A DNA stretch of 64,000 nucleotides from Patescibacteria group bacterium (GCA_004297205.1 SCUL01000002.1:530893-594892), one strand, 5' to 3'. Positions 28,762 through 45,179 are shown, counted from the first letter of the stretch. Numbers and translations are program-made. Notes: a model not told the origin generated them from the letters alone.

Positions 28762-30405
28762 TCAACGCGATCCAGCGTACTCCTCGACGGCGAAGATCGC
28801 CACTTGCCCCGCGCGGTAGATTTCATGGAATCCCGGGCCGGACGGCTCCCATTTCCAAACCTCGCGCTCCAAGGGACCGATGTAGACGTGGGTGACGCCG
28901 GCACGTCTCAAGAAACGGTGGCGCGCCGCGTCATCACGTGCCTGGCCCGCGAGCCAGACGAGCGCGTCGAGCTTGGACTCGATCGCCACCGTCTCCGCCC
29001 AGTGGCCGGCGTAGACGGTGCGCGCCGTCATGGCGGCGATGCCGTTGGCGCGCTCGGCCACGGCCACAATGACCGCGTCTTCCGGCAGCGTTTTGCGGAT
29101 CCACGACATGGCCGCGCGGTCTTCCGCGGAGATCCAGACCGGGAAGGGTTGGGTGAACCAGGCTGACGTGGACAACAGGTTCATGGCACCGCTCGCGGCG
29201 AAGAGCAGGAAGAAACTGGCTGTGGCAAAAACGCGTCGGACCGGACCGAGCGTCATTCCCGGGCGCGTCGCAGCAAAGGCCTCCCACAAACGCAGGAGCT
29301 CCGGCGCGACCAAAAGAGCGAGCGGCACCAGCAACCCCTCCGTCATTTTCCGTTGCCAGGGAATCGGTGCATAAACGAAGGCGGCGTGTACCAGAAGCCA
29401 AGCAGCAAGAAAGCGCCAGGTCGGCGTGCGCACCAGACGCCCGCGCCACAACGTGATGAGTGCAAGCGGCAGAAACGCGCCGGCGGCGACCAGCACCGCG
29501 GACAGCCCCGGCATCGGAGTCTGGTTCAGACTGTTGCGCAGAAGCGTCGTCACGTCGGTCAGCGACAGCCAGCCGTAGGGAAGCGCGCCGAGCAGACCGG
29601 CGGCGCACAACACGGCGATGCCGCCGAGCAGCGCCCAGAAGCGTTTCCCGGTCGGTGCCAGAGCGAGCCAGCCCGCGCCGGAGACGGCGAGGACGACCGG
29701 CACGTAGTACGGGTGGAATTGCCCAAGCAGCGCAAAGACCGCGGCGGCGAGGCCGAGCCAGCGCCAGGACCGCGTCCGTGCAAAGCGGTAGTCGGCGGAG
29801 ATGACGGTGACGAGCGCCGCGAGCGACAGGACGAAGTGCGGCGAGGATAGTGCGGACAGCAACAGCGTGGCTTCCGGTACCCACAGGTCGATCGGCAGAT
29901 CCATTCCCTCCGGCGGCAGGCCAAGGAGTGACCGGCCGACCACCCACCAGGCGCCCCAGCCCGCGCCGAACGCTGCGAGCAGCAGGAAGACGCGCCGGGT
30001 GCGCGCGTCATCAAGGAAGGTCCGACCGGCAAAGACGAGCGCCCCGACGGCAACGGGGATCGACAACAGGCGGCTGAACGGAAAAATCCACTCGGGACCG
30101 AGCTGCGTGACGCGGGCGATGAGTCCGACGGCCAGCCACGACAGGTTCAGGAAACGGTGCGGCTGCGGTTCTGTCGTGAAGACGTCGCGCAGCAACCAGT
30201 GTCCTTGGCGGACCTGTTCGATGTAGGCGTAGTAGACGCCGGTGTCGCTGCCGATGAAAGGCAGGGTGCCGGAAGGCGCGGCCAAGATGCGTCCGGCAAG
30301 CTCCGGCAGCGCGGCCAGCGCGACAAGCGCCAGCGCGACAAGCGCGGCAAAGCGCAGCTCACTGCGCCGTTCCGGAAGGAAGCGCATAGATGATGCCGTC
30401 GGCAT
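28762..30405 (-). CDS. GT-C-fold-like integral membrane glycosyltransferase
   Basis: DTGVYYAYIEQ, FTTEP, SPHF, FHPY, C-terminal YAGHWAET domain; start uncertain (30405 or 30387). Confidence 0.7.
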   Translation of the reverse strand: MPTASSMRFLPERRSELRFAALVALALVALAALPELAGRILAAPSGTLPFIGSDTGVYYAYIEQVRQGHWLLRDVFTTEPQPHRFLNLSWLAVGLIARVTQLGPEWIFPFSRLLSIPVAVGALVFAGRTFLDDARTRRVFLLLAAFGAGWGAWWVVGRSLLGLPPEGMDLPIDLWVPEATLLLSALSSPHFVLSLAALVTVISADYRFARTRSWRWLGLAAAVFALLGQFHPYYVPVVLAVSGAGWLALAPTGKRFWALLGGIAVLCAAGLLGALPYGWLSLTDVTTLLRNSLNQTPMPGLSAVLVAAGAFLPLALITLWRGRLVRTPTWRFLAAWLLVHAAFVYAPIPWQRKMTEGLLVPLALLVAPELLRLWEAFAATRPGMTLGPVRRVFATASFFLLFAASGAMNLLSTSAWFTQPFPVWISAEDRAAMSWIRKTLPEDAVIVAVAERANGIAAMTARTVYAGHWAETVAIESKLDALVWLAGQARDDAARHRFLRRAGVTHVYIGPLEREVWKWEPSGPGFHEIYRAGQVAIFAVEEYAGSR

Positions 30406-31951
30406 CGCGATAGACCTCGGTCATCTCATGATCGGCGGCGAAGCGCGCCGCCAATTCCTCATGATCGCTGTCGACGAAGGCGTAAGCGGCGCCGAAGTCG
30501 CGGGCCATCTCCCGACCGATGCGGTCTTCGCCCTCGCCGCGCGTCTCGCGCACCCACTGCCAGTACTTCTCCTTGTTCCGTACGTACATGAATGACGGGT
30601 CGAGGCCCACCAGGTACCGCACGCGGGTGGTGTGCAGGAAGAAATACGGAAAGTCGTCCCAGTCGTTGTGCCAGAGGATCGCCCCTTCCGGCGCGTTCGC
30701 CTCCAGCCAGGCGGCGGCACCGGAGTACTTGCTCGACGGAATGCCGGTGTCGAAGTCGTTTTTCAGCGAGCGCAGGTCGCGGAACAGGATGAGCGGAATG
30801 AGGAAGGCCAGGGCGACGAAGATGGGCACGCGCTGCCAGAGGCGCAGCCGCAGGAAAACGTCGAAGAACTTCCGCCAGTCTGCGGCCGAAACCAGGCGCG
30901 TCGCAAAGACCACGAGCGCGGCGGCGGCGAGCGTCGCGAACGGCACGAAGTACTCGACGTTGCGTCGAGAGCGGGCCGCGAGCACGAAGAAGCCGACCGC
31001 GAGCACCGTGAGCCAGAGCGCGCGCCGCCGTTCCCGCGCCGATGCCGCGTCGCGGAAGACGCGGCCCTGCGTGACGCCGGCAGCGACGACGAGGGCGACG
31101 ATGCCGGCAAGCAGGAAACCGAAGACGAAGGAGGATTGCGCGACAAGCGCCAGCGGATCCGTCGGGTACCACTCGCCGCCGACGCCGATCTTGTCCTTGA
31201 ACCCAATAATGCCGATCTGCACGATGTGCAACCACGAGAAACGTACGTTGTCCGGGAAGTACGGATTGGCGACAAGCGCCACGAGCGTACCCGTCGAGAT
31301 GGCAACGAGCGGCGAGAGCGCGGCGCGCCACGTCGCAAGACGGCGCAGGGCAGGCGGTCCCGCGGCGACGGCAGCCTCGATCAACGACGCCGCGGCGTAG
31401 GAGCCGGCAATGATGAAGAAGAGCGGCCAGCCGTTATAACTCCAGACATAGAGCGCCGCGAGCAGTGCCAGAACGAAAGGCTTCTTGCGGTCGATCGCGG
31501 CGATGGCCATGAGCACGAACAGCACGGAGAAGGCCGGCGCCTTGGCCAGGTTGATCCGGAACCCGAACGGGTTGTTCAAGAGGAGCAGCAGTCCGGCCAC
31601 CGCACCGACGCGCGTCGATCCCCACGATGCCACCAGGAGGAAGGCAGCCGCGGGCACCAGCGAAGCCAGGATCAGCGTCGCGAGCTGGATGCCTTCCACC
31701 GATCCGAGCGCCGCCACGAACGGAACGAGCAGGAGATGATAGCCCCAGTGATGGTCCACGTAGGCATCGGCGAAAACCGTTTCCGTGAGCCATGGGAAAT
31801 CACGCACCCCCGGGGTGCGCGTCATGAGCTCCGCCATTTTGGCATGATAAAAAGAGTCCGGATCGGGGAAATATCCGGAAGACGTCAGCACGGCATTGAG
31901 GACGAACGCGGCGGCGAAAATCGCAAGCGCGATGAGGAGCCGTTTGCGCAT
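30359..31951 (-). CDS. GT-C-like integral membrane protein
   Basis: DPDSFYHAKMA, FPWL, DHHWGYHLLL, GGEW, WDDFP, GLDP. Confidence 0.75.
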   Translation of the reverse strand: MRKRLLIALAIFAAAFVLNAVLTSSGYFPDPDSFYHAKMAELMTRTPGVRDFPWLTETVFADAYVDHHWGYHLLLVPFVAALGSVEGIQLATLILASLVPAAAFLLVASWGSTRVGAVAGLLLLLNNPFGFRINLAKAPAFSVLFVLMAIAAIDRKKPFVLALLAALYVWSYNGWPLFFIIAGSYAAASLIEAAVAAGPPALRRLATWRAALSPLVAISTGTLVALVANPYFPDNVRFSWLHIVQIGIIGFKDKIGVGGEWYPTDPLALVAQSSFVFGFLLAGIVALVVAAGVTQGRVFRDAASARERRRALWLTVLAVGFFVLAARSRRNVEYFVPFATLAAAALVVFATRLVSAADWRKFFDVFLRLRLWQRVPIFVALAFLIPLILFRDLRSLKNDFDTGIPSSKYSGAAAWLEANAPEGAILWHNDWDDFPYFFLHTTRVRYLVGLDPSFMYVRNKEKYWQWVRETRGEGEDRIGREMARDFGAAYAFVDSDHEELAARFAADHEMTEVYRDADGIIYALPSGTAQ

Positions 31952-32077
31952 GACACCAGTATATAGGACGACTGAAGAAAAGAGAGGCTTGAAACAAGCC
32001 CCTCCCCCTACGAATCTCTGCGGACCACGGGCCTTGCCGGTCCTCACCCAGCATGGATGTGAGGACCAGCAGGATCC

Positions 32078-33142
32078 TCAGGGAGGACCCAAGGCCTTTT
32101 TGAAGTGGTCTACCCAGGGATTCGGTGAAGGATTGACGCGGTGCGCCATAGCCAGGAAGTAGGCGGTGTGCCCGCCGAGCATCAACAGTTCCATGGCTTG
32201 CGCGAGCGGCGCGCGTTCGGTGAGTTTGAGTTCTTCGACGGTCACGCCGTTCTTGCGGAAGACGTCGGCCGTGAGCGGGAAGCGTGCGGCGACGCGCGGC
32301 GCGTAGAGGCCGGAGCGCACCAGAACCGCGGTGAGATGTTGAACGGAGGTCTTTGGGAAGCCGAGTCCTTCCATGAAGTGATGGTTGAGTTCCGGCACCG
32401 GCAGCCAGAACGCCAGGTGCTTGGCCGTCTCGTTCGTCATGTTGGTGACGGCGTGGACCGCGCCTTCCAGGTGCTCGGCGCCGCTCCAGAGGATCGCTTT
32501 GTTCACGAGCCGTGCGGCCAGGCGCTTGGCGACGTTCCTGAGCATCGGGACATCCGGCGAAACCGTGCGGACCGTAGCGCGCAAGGCGCGGATGGCGTCG
32601 GACGCTTCAGCCGCGGACAACGTGAGCGTCTTGGCGCGGCTCAAAAGCGCGGCGACGCCGAAGACGGAATAGCCCAAGCCCAGCCGCGGCCGGTTGCCCG
32701 GGTTGAAGCGTGAATCAAAAACCAAAGTCGGCGCTTTGAGGCGACTGAGCGCGGCAGCCAGCGGACCGCCGGCGCAAATGCCGACGAGTTTTGCCTTGCG
32801 TCTGCGAGCGACTGTAAGCGCGGCGAGCGTCTCCTCCGTGGTGCCGGAGTAACTGGAAAGGACGACCAGGGTGTTGCGGTCGACGTCGCCGGGCAGATCG
32901 TAGCCGTTCACGACGCGCACCGGCACGCGGAGCTTGGCGCCGAGCGCCGAGGTCACGATGTGCGGCCCGAGCGCCGAGCCGCCCATGCCGGCGATGACGA
33001 CCGAGCGTGCGCCCTGCGGGACGCGGGCGGCGAGTCCGCTCTTCCAGGCGGATGCGGCTTGTTCCGCAGTCAGCGCCAAGGCCTGGCCGATCCCGTCCGG
33101 GTCGAGCCGCGCGCGCAGTTTTGCGGAGTTCACGTCCTCCAT
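32078..33142 (-). CDS. bifunctional phosphoglucose/phosphomannose isomerase (SIS)
   Basis: GMGGSA, SSYSGTTEET, PR, NETAK, PELNHH. Confidence 0.9.
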   Translation of the reverse strand: MEDVNSAKLRARLDPDGIGQALALTAEQAASAWKSGLAARVPQGARSVVIAGMGGSALGPHIVTSALGAKLRVPVRVVNGYDLPGDVDRNTLVVLSSYSGTTEETLAALTVARRRKAKLVGICAGGPLAAALSRLKAPTLVFDSRFNPGNRPRLGLGYSVFGVAALLSRAKTLTLSAAEASDAIRALRATVRTVSPDVPMLRNVAKRLAARLVNKAILWSGAEHLEGAVHAVTNMTNETAKHLAFWLPVPELNHHFMEGLGFPKTSVQHLTAVLVRSGLYAPRVAARFPLTADVFRKNGVTVEELKLTERAPLAQAMELLMLGGHTAYFLAMAHRVNPSPNPWVDHFKKALGPP

Positions 33143-33143
33143 A

Positions 33144-34316
33144 TCAAAGGGGCGATTTTTGTTTGGTCTTGATGGCGGCGATGATGGCGGCGCGTTCGGC
33201 GGCCAGTCCGATCATGGTGGCGCCGATCAGGATGCCGTCGCGTTCGTAGAGTTCGACATGCTTTGTGCCGTCGGAGACGACGCGCGGCGTCGCAGTCTCG
33301 GGCCGGTCGCCGGCCATGGCGATGACCATGTCGAAAATGTGCGTCGAGTATTGTGACACGTTTTCAAAGGTGCGACGAGCGCCCGCCATGTTCTGCGCAG
33401 CGCAACGTCCCTGCTGGTCGGCGTTCAGCCAGTTGCCGAGCTGCCGGCGGCGTCCGGCGATCACATCGTCGAACTCCGCGCCGTCTCCCGCCGTCCAGAT
33501 GTCCTGTTGTTCCGTTTCCAGCTGCGCGTTGGCGCCGATGCCGTCGTTGTGCGGAACGCCGTCCGGTGCGGTCGAGTCGAGTCCGAGCCCCACACCGACC
33601 GCGGCGACCTCCAGGGAGGAAGCGTCGGAGAGCGCGAGCAGGAGACCGTTCGCCGTCTTCTCCGCACCCGTCACTTCAACGTTGCGGTGGATGACAACGC
33701 CATGCGACTCCAGCAGCTTTTCGATGACGGCCGATCCTTCCGGCGTCACGGTGCGGTGCCAGTAGCGCGGGCCGCGCAGCAGCAGATGCGTCTCAATGCC
33801 GTGTGGGGCGAAGAACGGCGGGAACTCCAGGGCGATGAATCCGCCGCCCACGACCGCAGCGCGTCGTGCTCCCTCGGGCAGCGCCGCCACCCGCGCAACT
33901 TCCTCCCGGATCCTGTCGGCATCATTGAGCGTGCGGAACGGCAGGACGTGCGGAAGCCCCGCAAACGGCGGCGGCACCGTGGCTTGTCCGCCCGTTGCGA
34001 CGAGCAATTTCTCATATTGCCACCGTGCGCCGTCGTCGAGGGCCAGCTGATGCGCCGCCGCGTCGACGGACACGACCGTGCGGCCGCGCAGAACCTCGAT
34101 GTTCTTCGTCGTGTACTGTTCCCAAGTGCGCAAGAACACTTTCTGGCGCGGCAATTTGCCTTTCACGTAATTCGGCAGGAGGACGCGGGAGTACAACGGG
34201 TAGTCCTCAGCCGAAACGATGACGATGCGCGTCTCCGCATCCAAGGTGCGAAGCGTCTCCGCGGCGACCGTGCCTGCCACGCCGCCGCCGACGATGAGAT
34301 AACGCGCATGATCCAT
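33144..34316 (-). CDS. FAD/NAD(P)-dependent oxidoreductase (ferredoxin-reductase/NirB-N-like)
   Basis: GGGVAG, YSRVLL, LLVATG, GGGFIALE, WTAGD, A..QG..AA.NM. Confidence 0.85.
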   Translation of the reverse strand: MDHARYLIVGGGVAGTVAAETLRTLDAETRIVIVSAEDYPLYSRVLLPNYVKGKLPRQKVFLRTWEQYTTKNIEVLRGRTVVSVDAAAHQLALDDGARWQYEKLLVATGGQATVPPPFAGLPHVLPFRTLNDADRIREEVARVAALPEGARRAAVVGGGFIALEFPPFFAPHGIETHLLLRGPRYWHRTVTPEGSAVIEKLLESHGVVIHRNVEVTGAEKTANGLLLALSDASSLEVAAVGVGLGLDSTAPDGVPHNDGIGANAQLETEQQDIWTAGDGAEFDDVIAGRRRQLGNWLNADQQGRCAAQNMAGARRTFENVSQYSTHIFDMVIAMAGDRPETATPRVVSDGTKHVELYERDGILIGATMIGLAAERAAIIAAIKTKQKSPL

Positions 34317-34417
34317 AGACCTGGCGGCATCTTACACGCAGTGACATCCGCAGCAAGGCTCCGCCTGTGCATATCTACAAACAAAAGAGCGGCCACGCGG
34401 TCGCTCTTCCACATTCG

Positions 34418-34678
34418 TTACGCGGGATACACTTGGTTGCCGGTCTCGTCGTAGATGAAAATCGCGAGTGTCGGGCACGACTGCGCCGCGAGGATGAGGG
34501 TGTCCTTCTGCTCCTCGCTGATTTCGACGACGCGCTCGTAGGCGTGGTCGTCCGGCGGTTCGCCGGGAACGTAGGCCTTGTTCTCGGCGTTCAGCTGGAA
34601 ATGCGTCGGATCGATGGTCACGCAGGACGCGGCACCGATACACAGGTCCGGATCGACTTTGATGGTGAACTTCGGCAT
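34418..34678 (-). CDS. single-cluster ferredoxin ([3Fe-4S]-type motif)
   Basis: CIGAASC...AAQSCP. Confidence 0.9.
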   Translation of the reverse strand: MPKFTIKVDPDLCIGAASCVTIDPTHFQLNAENKAYVPGEPPDDHAYERVVEISEEQKDTLILAAQSCPTLAIFIYDETGNQVYPA

Positions 34679-34693
34679 AACGCCGAGAATGTA

Positions 34694-34963
34694 TCACGCT
34701 GCCGTATCCTCGTAAACCACCTGCTCCACCTCGGGAACGCGCTCGCGGATCATGTCCTCGGCCATGATGCCAAAGGTCATGGCGCTCATCGGGCAGCCAT
34801 TGCAGGAGCCACTGAGTTTCAGGAGCACCTTTTTCCCGGAGACGCCCAAAAACGTGGCGCCACCACCGTGCATTTCCAAGGCCGGGCGGATCTCGTCCAA
34901 GACCGCCTCCACGTGTTCGCGCCAGGGATGCTCCATCTCGATCGGCTGCGTCATCTCATCCAT
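34694..34963 (-). CDS. Nfu/NifU C-terminal domain protein
   Basis: IRPALEMHGG...GSCNGCP. Confidence 0.9.
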   Translation of the reverse strand: MDEMTQPIEMEHPWREHVEAVLDEIRPALEMHGGGATFLGVSGKKVLLKLSGSCNGCPMSAMTFGIMAEDMIRERVPEVEQVVYEDTAA

Positions 34964-35600
34964 AGTACTTTTCCTTATAGAACCGGATGAGCTGTTCAAC
35001 CTCGGTGCGGACCTCTTCCGAGGCGCCCACGCCCGCCTTCAGTTTCTTCTGGACGTCTTCCAGCGTGACCGCGCCTTCCAGCACGGCTTCCTCGATGTCC
35101 TTGTCGGTAACGCCGGTGGCAGGATCAACGACGCGTGCGCCGTCCACCTGGATACGCTCCACCTGGCCGGTGGCGCGGAACCAGTCGTTGGCCGCCTTGC
35201 GGAAGGCTTTGTCGACCAAGACCGAACAATGGATCTTGCGGTTCGGCAGTCCGCCGAGCCGCTTCATGACGTCCTGCGGGCGCAGCTGCACGGCGTCGGC
35301 AAGCGGCATGCCGCCGTTCTCGGACACCATCACGGAAAACATGGAGGTCGCGGCGATGGCCGAGCCGCAGCCGAAGGTCTTCCACTTCATGTCGGAGACG
35401 CGCTCCGTGGCTTTGTCGATCTTGAGCCAGACGTGCATGACGTCGCCGCAGGCCGGCGAGCCGACCACGCCGGACGCGTCAAACGATCCTTCCGTCGGTT
35501 CATCGAGCAGGAGGTTGCGGGGATGGAAGAAATGGTCTCTCACCGTCGGGCTGTAGACCCAGCGTTCGCCGGTGCGTTCATTGCGGATGTCGTCGGACAT
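34956..35600 (-). CDS. iscU: IscU/NifU-N scaffold fused to a Cys-less BFD-like domain
   Basis: YSPTVRDHFFHPRN, GSPACGD, FGCGSAIA, KIHCS. Confidence 0.9.
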   Translation of the reverse strand: MSDDIRNERTGERWVYSPTVRDHFFHPRNLLLDEPTEGSFDASGVVGSPACGDVMHVWLKIDKATERVSDMKWKTFGCGSAIAATSMFSVMVSENGGMPLADAVQLRPQDVMKRLGGLPNRKIHCSVLVDKAFRKAANDWFRATGQVERIQVDGARVVDPATGVTDKDIEEAVLEGAVTLEDVQKKLKAGVGASEEVRTEVEQLIRFYKEKYYG

Positions 35601-35605
35601 ATGGT

Positions 35606-35695
35606 TGTCATCCTGAGCGCAGCGAAGGATCCTGCAAGTTTTTAGTAGGGCCCGTACCAACACTGGAATGATTCTTCACTTCGTTCAGAATGACA
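35606..35695. repeat. CGTC/TGTC-type REP-like palindromic element at the 3' end of iscS
   Basis: 26-bp imperfect inverted repeats TGTCATCCTGAGCGCAGCGAAGGATC ... GATTCTTCACTTCGTTCAGAATGACA. Confidence 0.8.
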
Positions 35696-36957
35696 TTCCG
35701 CTCCCAATGCGGACGGCCGTCGGAAACGAAGGCCGAGGCGTTGCCGACGATGGTGCCGTCGAGCTGCATTTTCACGGGCGAGATGGCCCGCAACTTCTCC
35801 ACGATCGGCGGGAGCTGGTCGAGGACGTAAGCCACGTCGGCTTCGGTCGAGGAACGGCCGAGCGTGAAGCGGATCGAAGCGTGCGCGAACTCATACGGCC
35901 GCCCGATGGCGAGAATCACGTGCGACGGATCCAGCGACGCGCTGTCGCAGGCCGAACCCGTGGCTGCGGAAATACCCACCGCGTCCAAGTACAGAAGCAC
36001 GGCTTCGCCTTCGACGTCGAGAATGGAAACGTTGACGTTGTTCGGGAGCCGCTCGGCCGGGTGGCCGTTCAGGACGACTTTGGGGATGCGCGCCTGAATG
36101 CCGCCGATCAGCATGTCGCGCAGCGCGGCAAGGCGGTTGCCTTCCGCTTCACGATCCGCCTGCGCCAGTTCAAAGGCTTTGGCGAAACCGACAATGCCGG
36201 CGACGTTCTCGGTGCCGGAGCGCAGGCGCATTTCCTGGCCGCCACCGAAGACGATGGGGCGGAGTTTGATGCCGCGACGGACATAGAGTACGCCGACGCC
36301 TTTGGGGCCGTAAATTTTGCCGCCGTTCACGGTCAGCAGGTCGACGCCGAGCTTCGCGACGTCGAGGCTGAGTGCGCCGGCCGCCTGACAGGCGTCGGTG
36401 TGCAAGAACGGCGCCTCAAGCGGTCCGCGGTTGTGCGCCTTCTTCCAGTCGCGGATGACTTTGGCGTACTCGCGCAGCGGCAGGACGGTGCCGATCTCGT
36501 TGTTGGCGAGCATGATCGAAACAACCGTGGTGTCTTCGGCGAGCGCGGCGGCAAGATCCTCCGGTTTCACGCGGCCGTATTCGTCGACCGGAAGCACCGT
36601 GGTGCGCCAACCCTCCTTGGCCAGCTGTTCGACGCAGCCGAGCACCGCATGATGTTCGACGGCCGAGGTGATGACGTGTTTGCCTTTGGCTTCGTGGGCG
36701 CGAGCGGCTCCGAGAATGGCGAGGTTGTCGGATTCCGTGCCGCTGGCAGTAAAAATGATTTCGTCGGCATGGGCGCCCAGAAGTTTCCCCACCGTCTCGC
36801 GGGAATCAACCAGGGCATCCTTGGCCGCGCGGCCGCGCTCGTAGAGCGCCGAGGGGTTGCCGTATTCCTCTTTCAGATACGGCAGCATGACCTGAAGCAC
36901 CCGCGGATCGAGCGGGGTGGTGGCGGCGTGGTCCATGTAGACCGTGCGCATTTCCAT
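35608..36957 (-). CDS. iscS: cysteine desulfurase IscS/NifS
   Basis: DHAATTP, YGNPS, SGTESDN, EHHAV, HTDACQ, GKIYGPKG, RSGTEN, TGSAC. Confidence 0.95.
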   Translation of the reverse strand: MEMRTVYMDHAATTPLDPRVLQVMLPYLKEEYGNPSALYERGRAAKDALVDSRETVGKLLGAHADEIIFTASGTESDNLAILGAARAHEAKGKHVITSAVEHHAVLGCVEQLAKEGWRTTVLPVDEYGRVKPEDLAAALAEDTTVVSIMLANNEIGTVLPLREYAKVIRDWKKAHNRGPLEAPFLHTDACQAAGALSLDVAKLGVDLLTVNGGKIYGPKGVGVLYVRRGIKLRPIVFGGGQEMRLRSGTENVAGIVGFAKAFELAQADREAEGNRLAALRDMLIGGIQARIPKVVLNGHPAERLPNNVNVSILDVEGEAVLLYLDAVGISAATGSACDSASLDPSHVILAIGRPYEFAHASIRFTLGRSSTEADVAYVLDQLPPIVEKLRAISPVKMQLDGTIVGNASAFVSDGRPHWERNVILNEVKNHSSVGTGPTKNLQDPSLRSG

Positions 36958-36958
36958 A

Positions 36959-37360
36959 TCAGCGGGCCAAGGAAGAAAGGGTGATCGAGGAAAGCGTTTC
37001 GTGGATGCGCGTCTGGAGCGTGCCCCAGACGGAGCGAGAGGCGCAGCCGCCGTGGGCGCTGCAGGCCTCGGCTTTATCGAGGCACGGCACGAGCGCCATC
37101 GAACCTTCGACAGCCACGACGACGTCGGCCACGGTGATCTTCGCGGCCGGACGCGCCAAGCGGTAGCCGCCGCCTGGACCGCGTTTGCCGACGATGAGTC
37201 CGCCCTCCTTCAACCTCAGGGCGACCTGCTCGAGGTAGCCGGCCGAAAGCGGGTGCGTCGCGGCCTGCTCCACGGTCAGCGCGTCGCTTGCAACCGCAAG
37301 CTTGCCCATGAAGACCAGGGCGTCGTGCACGCGCGTCGAGATGCGCAGGAAGGGCTGCAT
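36959..37360 (-). CDS. iscR: Rrf2 family regulator, IscR-like
   Basis: YLEQ, RGPGGGYRL, three Cys (C-x6-C-x5-C) before W. Confidence 0.85.
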   Translation of the reverse strand: MQPFLRISTRVHDALVFMGKLAVASDALTVEQAATHPLSAGYLEQVALRLKEGGLIVGKRGPGGGYRLARPAAKITVADVVVAVEGSMALVPCLDKAEACSAHGGCASRSVWGTLQTRIHETLSSITLSSLAR

Positions 37361-37361
37361 A

Positions 37362-37386
37362 ATTACCGAGCGGTATAGTCGGGTAT
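37362..37386 (-). promoter_or_regulatory. IscR type-1-like operator
   Basis: Reverse strand ATACCCGACTATACCGCTCGGTAAT resembles ATASYYGACTRwwwYAGTCRRSTAT and abuts the iscR start; TTGACA at 37403-37398. Confidence 0.7.
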
Positions 37387-37456
37387 TTCCGAGTTATTGT
37401 CAAGGACAAAAGCGACGAAAAACACCCCGCCATCCGGCGGGGTATTTTGATGCGGC

Positions 37457-41446
<3,990 letters not shown>

Positions 41447-41470
41447 ATGCGTGGGTGCGTGACGTCTGGG

Positions 41471-44740
<3,270 letters not shown>

Positions 44741-44754
44741 AGGCGTACGAACAC

Positions 44755-44923
44755 AAAAAATCCCCTCCCCCGCGCGGACGGGGGAAGGCCGGAGTATTTA
44801 GTTGTGGGTGCTCGCGGAGAGCGCGCGTTCCACGTGCATGGGCTGGCCAGCCCCGAAAGGTCGTCATCTCAGCGAAAAATGACGTGCCCCGGAGTCTGGC
44901 GTGGTCAGTTCCCTTTACAATCC
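44755..44923 (-). ncRNA. candidate ~170-nt structured RNA / attenuated leader upstream of rpoB
   Basis: Promoter at 44958-44930, no plausible ORF, rod-like pairings, GC hairpin + U6 ending 15 nt before the rpoB ATG. Confidence 0.55.
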
Positions 44924-44929
44924 AGGCGG

Positions 44930-44958
44930 AATGTATCAGCCGCGCCAGCCCCTGTCAA
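44930..44958 (-). promoter_or_regulatory. sigma70 promoter toward rpoB
   Basis: Reverse strand TTGACA-17bp-TACATT with TG extension. Confidence 0.8.
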
Positions 44959-45060
44959 GCGCTGCCCCAGATGAGAAGGGTTGTCAAGACGCCTTGTTTT
45001 CAAGGCTTTTTTGAGTCGTACGGCGAGTCATGCACACCGCGCCGCCGACAGTTATCCTAT

Positions 45061-45069
45061 TTATCCACA
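45061..45069 (+). promoter_or_regulatory. single consensus DnaA box
   Basis: TTATCCACA in an AT-rich divergent intergenic region. Confidence 0.4.
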
Positions 45070-45144
45070 TGTTTTCCCTTACAAGAATTTTCTCTCAATA
45101 CAGCCAAATAAAGAAACGGTGATCAAGCGATGCCTGACGGACGC

Positions 45145-45173
45145 TTGACAAAAACTCCTGGCTGTGATAGCCT
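45145..45173 (+). promoter_or_regulatory. sigma70 promoter
   Basis: TTGACA-17bp-TAGCCT with TG extension. Confidence 0.75.
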
Positions 45174-45179
45174 CTCCCG

